A stretch of DNA of 58,385 nucleotides, counting the filler, from Sphacelaria rigidula (Eukaryota): assembly GCA_964200075.2 (NCBI GenBank). It is 9 parts of 9 records of this genome, joined end to end, with 100 filler letters (N's around TTAATTAATTAA, not from the genome) between each part and the next. Parts side by side here need not be neighbours in the genome. Positions count along the whole stretch, not along the records: positions 1 to 6,399 come from CAXNAA020020316.1; positions 6,500 to 12,898 come from CAXNAA020020317.1; 7 more parts are not named here. One strand, written 5' to 3'. This document shows positions 1 through 11,215 of the stretch, piece after piece (the first letter of the stretch is position 1; each line of letters starts with the position of its first letter). Under the pieces are notes generated by a model that saw only the letters and a program-made list of their open reading frames with translations, searched no databases and was not told where the DNA came from. The position numbers and the translations under genes were made by a program.

Positions 1-1105
1 TCTCATAGCTCGCCCAGGACGAATCTGAGCTGATGAGCTACGGGTTGGTAGCTCACCTATCGCAAACGTGCATAGCTCATACAGCTCCCATAGCTCACTC
101 AGGGCGATTATGAGCTGATGAGCTACGGGTTGGTACCTCACCCAGGGCAAACATGTGCAGCTCATGTAGCTCTCACAGCTCACCCAAGGCAAACATGTGT
201 AGCTCACGCAGCTCTTGTAGCTCACTCGGGGAAAACATTAGCGGATGAGCTACGCCCGGTAGCTCACCCCAGGGACACATGATCGTGGCTCACTCACGTC
301 ATATGCCTAGCTCGTCGCTGGCCAACTCCGTCGCTTATGATGCAAAATTCTTGTTCGAACGGATGGTGCCACATATCATTAGGTTGTGATGTTTCACCTC
401 ACTCTTCGCGATAGGAAGAAAAGAAGCCAACACACCCTCGTTCGCTTGGTCGGATGGTTAAACAATGTATTACTATCCAGTGTCTGAAATAATCGACCGA
501 CTCATTTCTTTTGATCGGTTGGCCGCGAGGGTACGAGTCCATCTGGCTATGAATACGTTTTTCAAGTGAAGTCGGGACCGATTCAACAGATGACTTATGC
601 TCGCTGTCAAGGGGTTAGCCCTTTGACCGCGAGGGTTGGCGATCTGATGAATCAGTATAGTTCACTTGATTTTTTGGGTGTGAATGATGCCGATTCAGAG
701 ACCTCCTACCCTCGCGGTCAGAGGGATAGGCAATCGTAGCTCTCATAGCTCCCATAGCTCGTCCAGGGCAAACGTGTGTAGCTCATGCATCTCTTAGAGC
801 TCATTCAGGGCAAATATGTGTAGCTCATGCAGCTCTCATAGCTCACTCAGGGCGAATATGAGCTGATGAGCTACGGGTTGGTAGCTCACCCAGGGCAAAC
901 ATGCGTAGCTCATGCAGCTTTCATAGCTCACCCGGGACGAATCTGAGCTGATGAACTACGGGTTGGTACCTCACATACGGTAAACATGCATATATCATAC
1001 AGCTCTCATAGCTCACCCCAGGAAAAGCATGTGTAGCTCATGTAGCTCTCATAGCTCACTAGGGAGCTACGCTCAAAAAGAGCTAGCTCGAGCTATAGGG
1101 AGCTG
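1..1105. repeat. Degenerate TAGCTC/AGCTCA-rich tandem repeat in two blocks (1-~310 and ~735-1105)
   Basis: Recurrent units such as gtagctcatgcagctctcatagctcac(c/t)cagggc(a/g)aa and tgagctgatgagctacgggttggta(g/c)ctcacc. Confidence 0.9.
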
Positions 1106-1134
1106 ATCTGTCCGACGTGTGCAATACTTCGATC

Positions 1135-1550
1135 ATCAATCCCAATGTGTAAGTGGTGCTGTAGCACTGTCTACACACTACGACTGTCTTCACCCTCTCA
1201 GGCCTACCTGCTGGCGCTATACAATCGTATACTCTTGGCATGTCCTGACCATGTGCACGGTTGCCGCGTCTGCCGCGTCCGATACATGTGTGTTGCATTC
1301 GGCTTGTGTGTGCAACGTTGGATAACATCTTCGACAAAATTGAAAAAACAGCCGGCGAGCATGCATGTCGAGCTATACCGTACTGTTGAACAAAAAATGC
1401 ACTTTCAAGCACAATCCCAACATGCGACCGGTAGTGCAGCACGATCTACACGCTACGACTGTCTTCACCCTCTCAGGCCTGCCTGCTGGCGCTGCACAAT
1501 CGTGTGCTGTTGGTTTGTTCTGACCATGTGTAGCGTAGCCGCATCCAATA
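1135..1550. repeat. Diverged direct repeat, period ~275 bp
   Basis: ctacgactgtcttcaccctctcaggcct(a/g)cctgctggcgct occurs at ~1178 and ~1453 with similar flanks. Confidence 0.85.
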
Positions 1551-2791
1551 CCGCCGTCAGTAGCTGGTTCGGCTGGCATATTGGAGAATCGCGCTTCTGC
1601 AAAGGCGGCCGATCCTCGCTCGAACCCTTGCGCTACAGGCCTGGCGATATCTAACCTCAACTTCGAGACGCACGTTGCCTGGCGAGCCAACCAACCTGAC
1701 TGGGCACTTCATCGTGCCCAAAATTAGTTGACTTCTTTCTCGCCCCAGCGAGCCACCAGCTTACAGTCATGATCCTCTAACCTACTCAACACAACAAATG
1801 AGTGCCACAATACGTCACTGTGTCTGTGTCACAACACTGCAAAATACAGTGGTATTGATTGCTACCTCGAAAGGCGGCCAGGCGGATCATGCTATCTCGC
1901 GAAGACCCTCTCTACCATGTGAAGGATTTCGGCACGCTTCGACGAGTTTTGGTCCGCTCTGTTTGACTCTGGATCGACAGAAGTGGAAACTCGTCGTATC
2001 CTCTCCGATTCACGCAAGTGCTTCGTGCATGCACTTCTGACAATCGGCAAAGTTTGTACGATTTTGCTCATTTTGTTTCTCCTCGACTCAATGTCAAACT
2101 GTAAGGACGGAAAATCGCTAAATCGTGCCTGAATTATCTCGTGTAGTACAGCAAGTAATTCCGTCTGAGATGGTAGAGACTGTCATTCCGAGGTGGTACT
2201 ATTGGTACCCGCTTGACCGTTTTCCCAACCGAAAATGCTGCTGACGAGCTAAATAATGCACTCATGATCGATTTGTACGTCTGGCCCAAGAAGTGGTGTG
2301 GTTTTGTCAAAGCACCGACACACCACCTTAATTGGTTGCCCCCCATCCCCCCCTTTTGTTTGCGCAGGACCGCCCACCGCCGCCGGCGAAATGCGCATTT
2401 GCGCTCTCTCATGAAGACCTCTCAAACGGAGTATCAGCTTCAGCAGCAACAGCGAAAACGAGACGATAACGAAGGCCCCGAGGCGAGATAGATGAAGATT
2501 ATTCGTCTATTATCTTGCATCGCCACCGTCATTCCTGTCATGTCCTCGCTTGGGCAGCACTTGGCTACTATAGAGAAGGGCAGAGTGGCACGTAACCTCT
2601 TGATCGGCCAAAGAAAACTCAGGGAAACTGATCGACCAATATTCCTTGGTCGATGGCTGACGTCATCCACGTCCCCTTTGGCATGTGATGCATGAAAGTC
2701 GTTCATCGCGCTTGATTCACCGCGTCATCTTTGCTTCCGCCTCGATAAGTTGGCTCTCGGAAATGCTGTATTGAGGTAGATCTAGTCAATA

Positions 2792-3149
2792 GTGTGTGTT
2801 TGTGTGTCGTCGTCCCATTTATTCTGGACGCCAGTCTACACGTTTTCGGTACATGTGGGTGCACCAGCCGGGGTCACACAGGGGGAAGGCCGATACAGCA
2901 GTTTTCCCATTTTGTTTCTAGTTCTCCACCTTACTTCTGCGATGCTTGCCTTTTTTTTTATGGCGAGGGGGGTTCACCAATCCCTTTCCGTCGTCGACCA
3001 TTAAGTCGAATTTTGTGTACCCACGACATAGTCGCTCTCCACTGTTGGGCATGGTGTGTGAAAAAATTCCAGATCGCTCCGAGATGTGAACCCACGACTC
3101 AACCGTCAGAAGCTTTCGAGGTTACCAACTGAGCCACCGGGGCAACCGG
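2792..3149 (-). mobile_element. tRNA-derived SINE (~360 bp); second copy at ~50545-50928
   Basis: The minus strand begins ccggttgccccggTGGCTCAGTTGGtaacctcgaaa (A box) followed by a B-box-like gtgggttc(a/g). The two copies are collinear over ~350 bp and end in CA-rich tails. Confidence 0.75.
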
Positions 3150-4762
3150 GAATAGTGTAAACGAGAAAGAGCACCCTGAAGTGCTCCGCGGTCGTGTTGA
3201 TTGGTCTGGTTTACAAGCACGCACGTGTGTTACGTGCCCATACTTCGATGGTATACATGTACGTACAAGATGTCTATATCATGCCCACTTTTGAGGGCCA
3301 CGACACGGGTTGAGACGCAAGGTAACAGTGAGAAGCATTCAGTTGAAATCGTGAATACAATTGCCATAACGAAGCTTGCATTGGCGTCGAGTCGTGTCTA
3401 TTTCTGCAGCCGCAGCACCCCGGTGGTGTCGAAGTATTCTAAGGTTTCCAAGCGGCTTTGGCATAACCCTCCCATCTCCTAGGGTACAAATCAAACGCGG
3501 CCGAATATGATGTGTTTGTCTTGTTCATAAGTTTGGCTCAGATTCCGGAGCATTTCTAGATGTAACGAGCTGAAACGAAGAGATAGGTCAAACCCAAGGA
3601 ACAGAACAGTATGTCATAGCTGCTTCCCTTTCGATAGTGACTGGATCACCCAATGGCACACACAGAAGCCCCTGACGAGGAGACTCAAGACTGTTGAAGC
3701 GCTTTTTTTTTGGTTCACTACAGTTAGCTGTGGTCGCTCGAAGGTGGCTTGGATGAGCTCGTGAGTGAGGGCGGCTCGACGTGAACTAAAGCAATAATCT
3801 CATAAGTCATCACTCGGAACGTCTCTCGTTAGCACTCGTCGACCGAAACAGGTGTCATCCAACATCATCAGAGATCCGGTACAACTTCAGTGAGCCTTGG
3901 GCCGTCTCTCATCGAGGCCAAAGAAAGAACCACGAAGAGGAGGAAGCGCTCAGAGGAAGCAGCAGGATGATTGACCGTGGGGCGGGTCTATGATTGCGAC
4001 GACTAATCAACATGGTGCTTTTGCATGCTTGTTCCTCTTCGTGCTTGTTTTTTTGTCTCGATCAAACTGGTCTTACTGACCGCAAACCCCACCGGATCAT
4101 CCTCGAACCGCAACGCAAACAACGACCACAGCCATAGAGAGGCCGTCGTACATCAGTTCAATAGTACCTTCAACCCAACAACGGCCAAATTTCTGCGTGT
4201 TAGACACCGTTGAAACACCCTCATCAATCATACACATACGCATTCCTTGCGTCTGCGAGATCGACGCTCTGTGTTGAAATACTTGGCACATTCTCATGCC
4301 TCTTTTATTCTGACCCGGAACATATCTACTTCATGGAGAATGGCCGAGGATAATGAAATGCATGGCGCCACAAGCACATACACGGTGGTCTAACTGGTAT
4401 GACCAAAACCTGGTATCACGTGAGGATTAAAACTGTTGTAGGTGTGCTATTTCCCCGAGAAGAATCTACTGATATTCCTCGTTAACATCACGAGGACGTG
4501 CGTAGTACTGTACATCATTTGTTTCACGTGATGGGACGCGGTGCGGGATCGAGTACTGATGGTCATGGTCCGATCCCGGATATCAAGGCGGAAGGCGTGT
4601 ACCGGGAGAGAGACGAGTTGGTCGCTTGAAACTACGGACTCGTCCTGAGGAAAGAGAGTGATTTGAATTATAACTGGACAATAATGGCGCATCGATAGCG
4701 CGCTTAATTTTTCGGAACAGTTTCGTCGGGTCGAAAAGGTTATGAACTTCCTGAGCGAGTTT

Positions 4763-6068
4763 GAGAGAGGGGAGGGCGGGGGGGGGGCGTACTCATTTGT
4801 GGCATGCCTGAGTCGTTTGGCCACTGACCACGCATCCCTTTCGAGACGGAGCACCGTTCCTACTCCTAATAGAGACACCTTCAACATTCCGGCGCTCATC
4901 ACGTTACTTCCGTACATTACGCAAAAACCTTTTACATATCTTATCCCCGCCTGGTTCCGCCGTCTATAGCCACCATCGATCACCTGGTATAGTAATCGTT
5001 TTTTCGTCACAGTCTAATGCATCACACGATTCCATGCCACCTTCGTTCACGTCCCGCATTTCCCCCTCTAGCACGTCCCGTTCCTCCTTGTATAGCTCAC
5101 ATTCTGCCACAATACGACTCCTGCTCTCTGTTTTCTTGCCACAGAGGCAGTTCTGTCCATCTACTTCTTCCTCCTTTCGAATACTACTAGTAAATCTCTT
5201 GTTTCGGGCAGGTCCAGGTCCCCTACCCGAGATCGCAGTTTTTGTATTTTCGCAGCATCCATTGGGCCATGCAAATATGCTTTCATTCCGATCCCTTCTC
5301 TCAACCACCCGTGTATCGCCAGGTGTTCTTCCTCGTCTACTTCGCGTCTGAGCGCTCCTTTCCCCCTGATTTCGATCATATCTCTTACTTTTGCCTTGTA
5401 CGCCGCGTATTCACCTATGGACGGTATTTCGTCTTGTTCTCCTCTCATCTCTTTCCATAATTTCTCAACTTCTCTACCCCACCGTACTCCAGCCTTCCCT
5501 TTCGTAGTTTCCTTCCATACAGCCCTATCAAGTATAGCTGGTAATCTCTTTCTCTGCATGTTCTTTACGCTATATTGCCATCGCAATTTCCTCATGGCTC
5601 TGTTTTGATTAAGGAAGTATATTTCCAACTCTGCTCTCAAAGCTGTATTACTCGTCATTTTCGAGCATCCAAGTATCTTCTTTGCTGCGAGAAAGGGGAG
5701 GGCGGGGGGGGGCGTACTCATTTGTGGCATGCCTGAGTCGTTTGGCCACTGACCACGCATCCCTTTCGAGATGGGGCACCGCTCCTACTCCTAATAGAGA
5801 CACCTTCAACATTCCGGCGCTCATCACGTTACTTCCATACATTACACAAAAACCTTTTACATATCTTATCCCCGCCCGGTTCCGCCGTCTATAGCCACCA
5901 TCTATCTCCTAGTATAGTAATCGTTTTTTCGTTACAGTCTAATGCATCACACGATTCCATGCCACCTTCGTTCACGTCCCGCATTTCCCCCTCTAGCACG
6001 TCCCGTTCCTCCTTGTATAGCTCACATTCTGCCACAATACGACTTCTGCTCTGAGCAATGCTACGGTA
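4763..6068 (-). mobile_element. Two tandem 5'-truncated LINE copies (post-RT region, Cys motif and 3' UTR)
   Basis: Minus-strand ORF remnants AAKKILGCSKMTSNTALRAEL...KLRWQY and CLCGKKTESRSRIVAECELYKEERD. 4763-~5130 is near-identical to 5689-~6050. Confidence 0.85.
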
Positions 6069-6399
6069 GGGGTGCACTTTTTGCGCGGAATCTTGTCTAC
6101 TTCAGGGGCTCCTGACGGTTCTAAGTGCACAAGAATGTGGGTCAGGGCATCCAAAACTATATTCGTAAGATTCAAATTGTAACATCGGATTCAGAGTGAG
6201 ACCCGAAACGATAGACTTTCCCGCCGATTTTGACATCGCCACAGTTAGAGGAGTAATGCGCCCAGCTGGTAAAGCGGTGGCTTCAATGAAAGCTGTCACC
6301 TAGATGATCAACTTGACACATCACTTGATAACAGCCGATTTTATATTTTGGGGTTCATACAAAATATGGGGTTGAAGTGGCATTTCTCTCTTGCACGAA

Positions 6400-6499
6400 N
6401 NNNNNNNNNNNNNNNNNNNNNNNNNNNNNNNNNNNNNNNNNNNTTAATTAATTAANNNNNNNNNNNNNNNNNNNNNNNNNNNNNNNNNNNNNNNNNNNN
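6400..6499. other. Artificial scaffold linker N44-TTAATTAATTAA-N44 (also 12899-12998, 19398-19497, 25896-25995, 32394-32493, 38892-38991, 45390-45489, 51888-51987)
   Basis: Eight identical 100-bp spacers with an all-frame stop cassette separate fragments of 6399, 6399, 6399 and then six of 6398 bp. Confidence 0.98.
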
Positions 6500-7782
6500 C
6501 GTGGAAACGAAGCTAGTCCGGCGAAAACCCGGCGCGCTCCGTCCCGAATCTGTAGGGATGCCGGGTCAATGGTCTCATGATTACCTTACGCAACATCATG
6601 AGTACACACACACCCTTCGTGAAAACCACTGTAATAGGTGTTAGCAGGTGATACTGTTCCGAGGTGAAGCTGGCGGTCGAAGGGTTTATCCTAAGTTTTT
6701 CGTGTTGGTAAATACATGCAAGCAGATTGGCAGAGGATATCCTCGCGTGTCGCTTCCGAGATGCAATACTGAACAAGCACGCGCAAACCGGTTTCTCGTC
6801 CCCCTTACCTGTCACACCCGTGGAAGGTGTTGAGGGCAGAACTCGTATGTAGCGGGCTCAAGGTCCAGGCGGTAACGGCAAACAGTACAGTGACTTTCGG
6901 ATTATCCCGGAACTGAAGGCGGACATATCGCCATTGTCACAAATATGCCGGAGCTTTTGCTGTCCATATTTAGTGTTCCGATCAGTTGGGCGTAGTCGGC
7001 AGGTTGATGCGGGCACACTTGGCCCATCCTTTCCTCAACCAGGTTGCAGTACAGACAGTTTTGTAGTGTACTGGTCTGTACTGCTGGGTTTCTGGTTGAC
7101 GTTTTGGGAATGTTTTGTTTTCGCCTCTAAGGTGAAGCAGTCGACGCACAGACCACGAGAGCCTTTCGGTGCGCCAACGAAAGATAGTCAACCCACCAGC
7201 ACAGCAAAGAGCTACCGAAGAAATGCCGTAGTCTGATAACCTCTCACCAGACATGCCGGGCCAGGCCAGAATGGATAATCATGGACTTGGGCAAGCTATC
7301 CTCTCCGCAACTACTGATGTAACTGGTGTATAAGTGTGCGTGAGAGCACTCCGCGTTTTTAAACCGTTGCAGGTTGCAGTCACGATCAAGACGCAACAGC
7401 GGAAATCGGACGGCCAAAACCAAGGCAACTCCCGAAATTCTGTGGGAAGACGACAACAAAAATTCTTGAACCCTGTGGCAAAGATCTTGTGAACCAACAG
7501 TCCTCCAGGACCTGCTGTCAGTCGGTGTCCGTCGGGCCGCGTGGGCTCAAATCTAGGCTCCATTTCGGAACCAAAGTTCCCGCGATGGTCATATTCCACG
7601 GAAGTAATTTCGGAACATAATTTCCTGGGACGGTCGGCTGCTGTGCAACGCGCGAGCCACAAGCATCGGTTCACAAGGCAAGGGCAATTGGGTCGTAGAA
7701 ACAAGGAGGGAATATATCTGCATAGAGGAGTTGACTGCGCTTTCATCATCATTCTGATTCGTGGTTGACATACTAGGGGACC

Positions 7783-10700
7783 ATGGCCTCTGCCGCTGTT
7801 GACCCTCGGACGCCCACCATGACCACAGCGTTGGAGGTTATGAAAGGATCGCTCGCGGCTGTGCTGGGCTTCCCCATAGGCAAGAGCACCATCGGTGGGC
7901 GGATTAGCGAAGGCAATAAGGGCCGCATCACGGTGGTGAGTAGTAAAGGCAGTTCTCGTGTATGTAGCAATCTGTGCGGAGTAATTGCATGCTCATCGGT
8001 GTGGCAAATCACAGGCCATGTGGTTGCTCCTGGCTCTGGAGGAGCAGTGCGATGGTCTTCGCAGTTCCAGAGTGTGCTGTCGGCAATAAGAATAGTTCCG
8101 TTTTCCATTCACCCGGTTTGGTATAGCTGGGTGAGCTTGTCTTCGGGTGTGCGAGGATCACGAGCTTTTACAGAGAGACAGCGCACTCAGTGTTCCCCAG
8201 CTATGTGTAGCCACCACCTGAAGTAGTGCCGGTTTCTATGACAGGGTACAGCAAACTAGTACGCTGCACAGGGCGTCTGTTCAGTGGGCATCAGGGGTAC
8301 AGTTCAGTTGTTCGTGCGGAAGGCGCGTTGTGGTCGGCTTCCTGCGCTGTGTTGAGCCGTAGAGGCACGTGTGCGGACTCTCTGCAGGAGAAGCAGCTGC
8401 TGCTGCTGCCGGCAGCAGAATATCAAGTGTAAACCCATGTGGAAGGTGCTCTGTGCGCAGCTGTCTAGTGGCACAGCGTAGCAAATGTACGTTTAGCGTG
8501 TTTTTTCACCTCGTTCGTCCCTCCGCGTTCCAGTCCATCTGATCTGCCCTCACCTCTTCTGCAACGGTACGGTTCAGACATCGACCTCGCCTCGGCCGTC
8601 TCATGCGATGTTTTGATGATGTGGATAACCTATGTTGATGCATCTCATCTACTGCGCGACAGTTCACTGGAAAGGCGGCGCCGACGTCGGCGCAAACGCA
8701 AGCGGTCATTGATTACGCCAATGACCTCATATCAAAAGACCTACCGTGCTCCCGGTTTACCATGCTCAGGAGCGAAGCAGAGAGCACCTACGGCACGGCC
8801 ATGTGAGACTGGAAAAAACGTGGTCGAGGAGCCCCGCACTAGTTGAATCATCTCGATGAGATGCGATCGATGTCTTCTCACCACTTACTTCGCGTACGTC
8901 ATCAGCAGACGACCCGTGGCATCTAACCTGTTGGGCCGCAGGCGGATCTACAATGTAGCATACACTGTTTCGTGAATATGGGGGCACTTCCCGTATGTGC
9001 CGGAGTCGGGAGTTGCCCCATTTCGGCCGTCTACTTGGTTATTTTGTCATTTTTCACTCACGGCAAACATGTGCAATGGTGATTCGAAAAGCACAAATGT
9101 CCAGTAATAAAGGGGGGCAGGATATATGACAATGCCACCTGTCACGTGAGGTGCAAGACGTCCCCGTAGTCTCAGCTGCTTCGAGAGTGATTGCGATGGC
9201 GAGCTGTCTTATGGCTGGTCCAACCGTCTTCATGCATTGGCATCTTTGTTGAACATATTAATATCTTGTCTTTTTCCATAACTTTCAGGTATGACAAAGC
9301 CGAAGTTCCGGCACATGTGACGGAGCTGAGCATGCTGTATATCGAAGGCGTTGTGCTTCACAGCGTTCAGCACCAATGCCTACCGTCGACTGGGGGCATC
9401 GGCAAGATCACCGTTACAAAGGTACGCGCGAGTGCGTCATGTTTAGTCTTTGGGGTAAACGCGAAAAAATCGGAAGAATGGGACAACGTTTTATCGACCC
9501 TTTGACTTTGACGCACTTGGGGAATCTTTGCTGCAAGCACGTGAGAATCACGTCACGAGAATGCACAGTTTTCTCGCATACATGCAAACGACTGGAAACC
9601 CTCATGATCAAGGAGGATGAGTGCAATATTCCATGGCGCTACGTTTTGCGAGGGCCGGGGACGACCCTTGTGCACCTCGAACAACCCGCCAGCATGTCCG
9701 TGAAGCACGACCCCAAAATGTGTGGACAGAGCTCTACGTACGCTCAACCGCGCAGCATGACGAGAAGTCCCGGGCATGGTTCGTTCTTGCCGTGTTGCTG
9801 TGGTAACCGTGGAATCCTCGACATCGTACTCCCCGAAGTACCGATATACCATGCCTACTTGTCAACCCCTGCGTCCTTCTTCGCTGTGTCTCATTCGTCT
9901 TGCCAGCAAAAATTCCGGGAAAGTAAGCAGGAATTGGAGGTGCAATTCGACGTAGAACCTGCGGAGTCGACGGGTGTAACAGAATCAAATGGCGGGACGG
10001 TGCCGCCTTGCCCGCAGTGCACCCCTCCCCCTGCGGACGCTATAGCGCTCTTGAACTCCAGTGAGGTTCGGGCTGTGGCCAGCGAGGCGAGCAGTAATGG
10101 GGGGGGGACAGAAGGTGCGGAGGGCGGAGACGGAGGCGACGGTCAAAAAGTGACGCCTTGGGAAGTAGAGGTGAGGGGAGCGTGCCCTGTTTTCTGTTCT
10201 CATTGTCATCGCATGCGATGGTGATATTGCTGCTGTTGCTGTTGGAACAGTTGACCGCGGGTTCTGTCACCATCATTCGACATTGTGATCAGGCTAGACA
10301 AATGTGGCAAGACAAGTGTCGTTACAATCGAGACTTTCGTGGCTCTACCCGAAACTGATCTGTGTTCTGCCATCGTTCCATATTTTTTTATCGCCACATA
10401 CCCTGCGTGATCACCATGGGAGCAGGGAACGACACGTACTTGTAGAGTTGTGTTATCTCATGGTCTGCAAAACGTGTGCTGCACCTATGAGAGAGAGAAT
10501 CCATGGCTTCTGCAGCCCCTCTCGGGCAGAAAAGTCGTGTGAAACGTGTGGCTACTGAAGCGTTGAATACGGGGCGTTTGGAGGGAGGAGAGGTTTGGTA
10601 AAATATGTCACGACCAGTAGCATTTCATTTGCCTGAGTAGAGCGGAGTGCAGATCTTGAATGACTTGCGGTCGGCCAGTACACAGGGGGCACCTGTTCCA

Positions 10701-11215
10701 TTTTGCTGCGGCCTGTGCGTGAAAAAAAAAATTAAGGTGCGGATATGGTCAACGGGTGCGTGTCTTTTGTGATTATTTCTATGTTGCCCATGATGACATC
10801 TCTACTTTCTCCCCTACTGGTAGCGTGGGGTTTCGCCCTGTTTTTTGCTCAAATTATCTGTATACCTCTGTTCGTTGGATGCATTCGCTTTTTTAACGGC
10901 AGCAGTGCTCTGGCATGCCTATCTTCTGAATCGCCATGCTTCTCGCTCGAAGAATAAGTTGCAGGACACTATTATGTCTGACTGCTCGAAAGGGTTAACC
11001 CGCTTTTGCCCCCCTGTTCTCCCCCCTTCATCTTCCCCTCTCCATCACCGCCGCCGAAGGCCGACGGGGAGGTTGACTACGAGAAATTGGTGAAGTCTTT
11101 CGGTTCGTCGCTGATAACGGAGGACCTGATCGCTAGAGTTGAGCGAGTGACAGGCAGAAGAGCTCACCGATTCTTGCGACGAGGGCTTTTCTTTTCTCAC
11201 CGAGATCTTACAAAG
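7783..11215 (+). CDS. WARS: Tryptophanyl-tRNA synthetase (eukaryotic/archaeal type) with N-terminal AlaX-like domain; 5 exons seen, 3' part missing from fragment
   Basis: Exons 7783-7935, 8663-8802, 9289-9421, 9907-10170 and 11060-11215 all have GT..AG borders and matching phases (0,2,0,0). Spliced product: [29 protein letters not shown]...[16 protein letters not shown]...[11 protein letters not shown]...[19 protein letters not shown]...[29 protein letters not shown]...[65 protein letters not shown](E/D)V, VDYxKLxxxFG and HxFLRRGxFFSHRD are hallmark eukaryotic TrpRS motifs. Confidence 0.93.

Noticed and set aside
6444..6455. TTAATTAATTAA as a biological motif
   Set aside because: Always centred in N runs, so it is a synthetic linker.
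6809..7254. Divergent minus-strand gene upstream of TrpRS
   Set aside because: There are good donor-like sites near 6808 and 7247, but every frame hits stops and no recognisable protein results. It could be UTR or non-coding.
9376..10224. 282-aa ORF as a standalone gene
   Set aside because: Only 9907-10170 is coding in that frame (TrpRS exon 4). The rest is mostly open intron.
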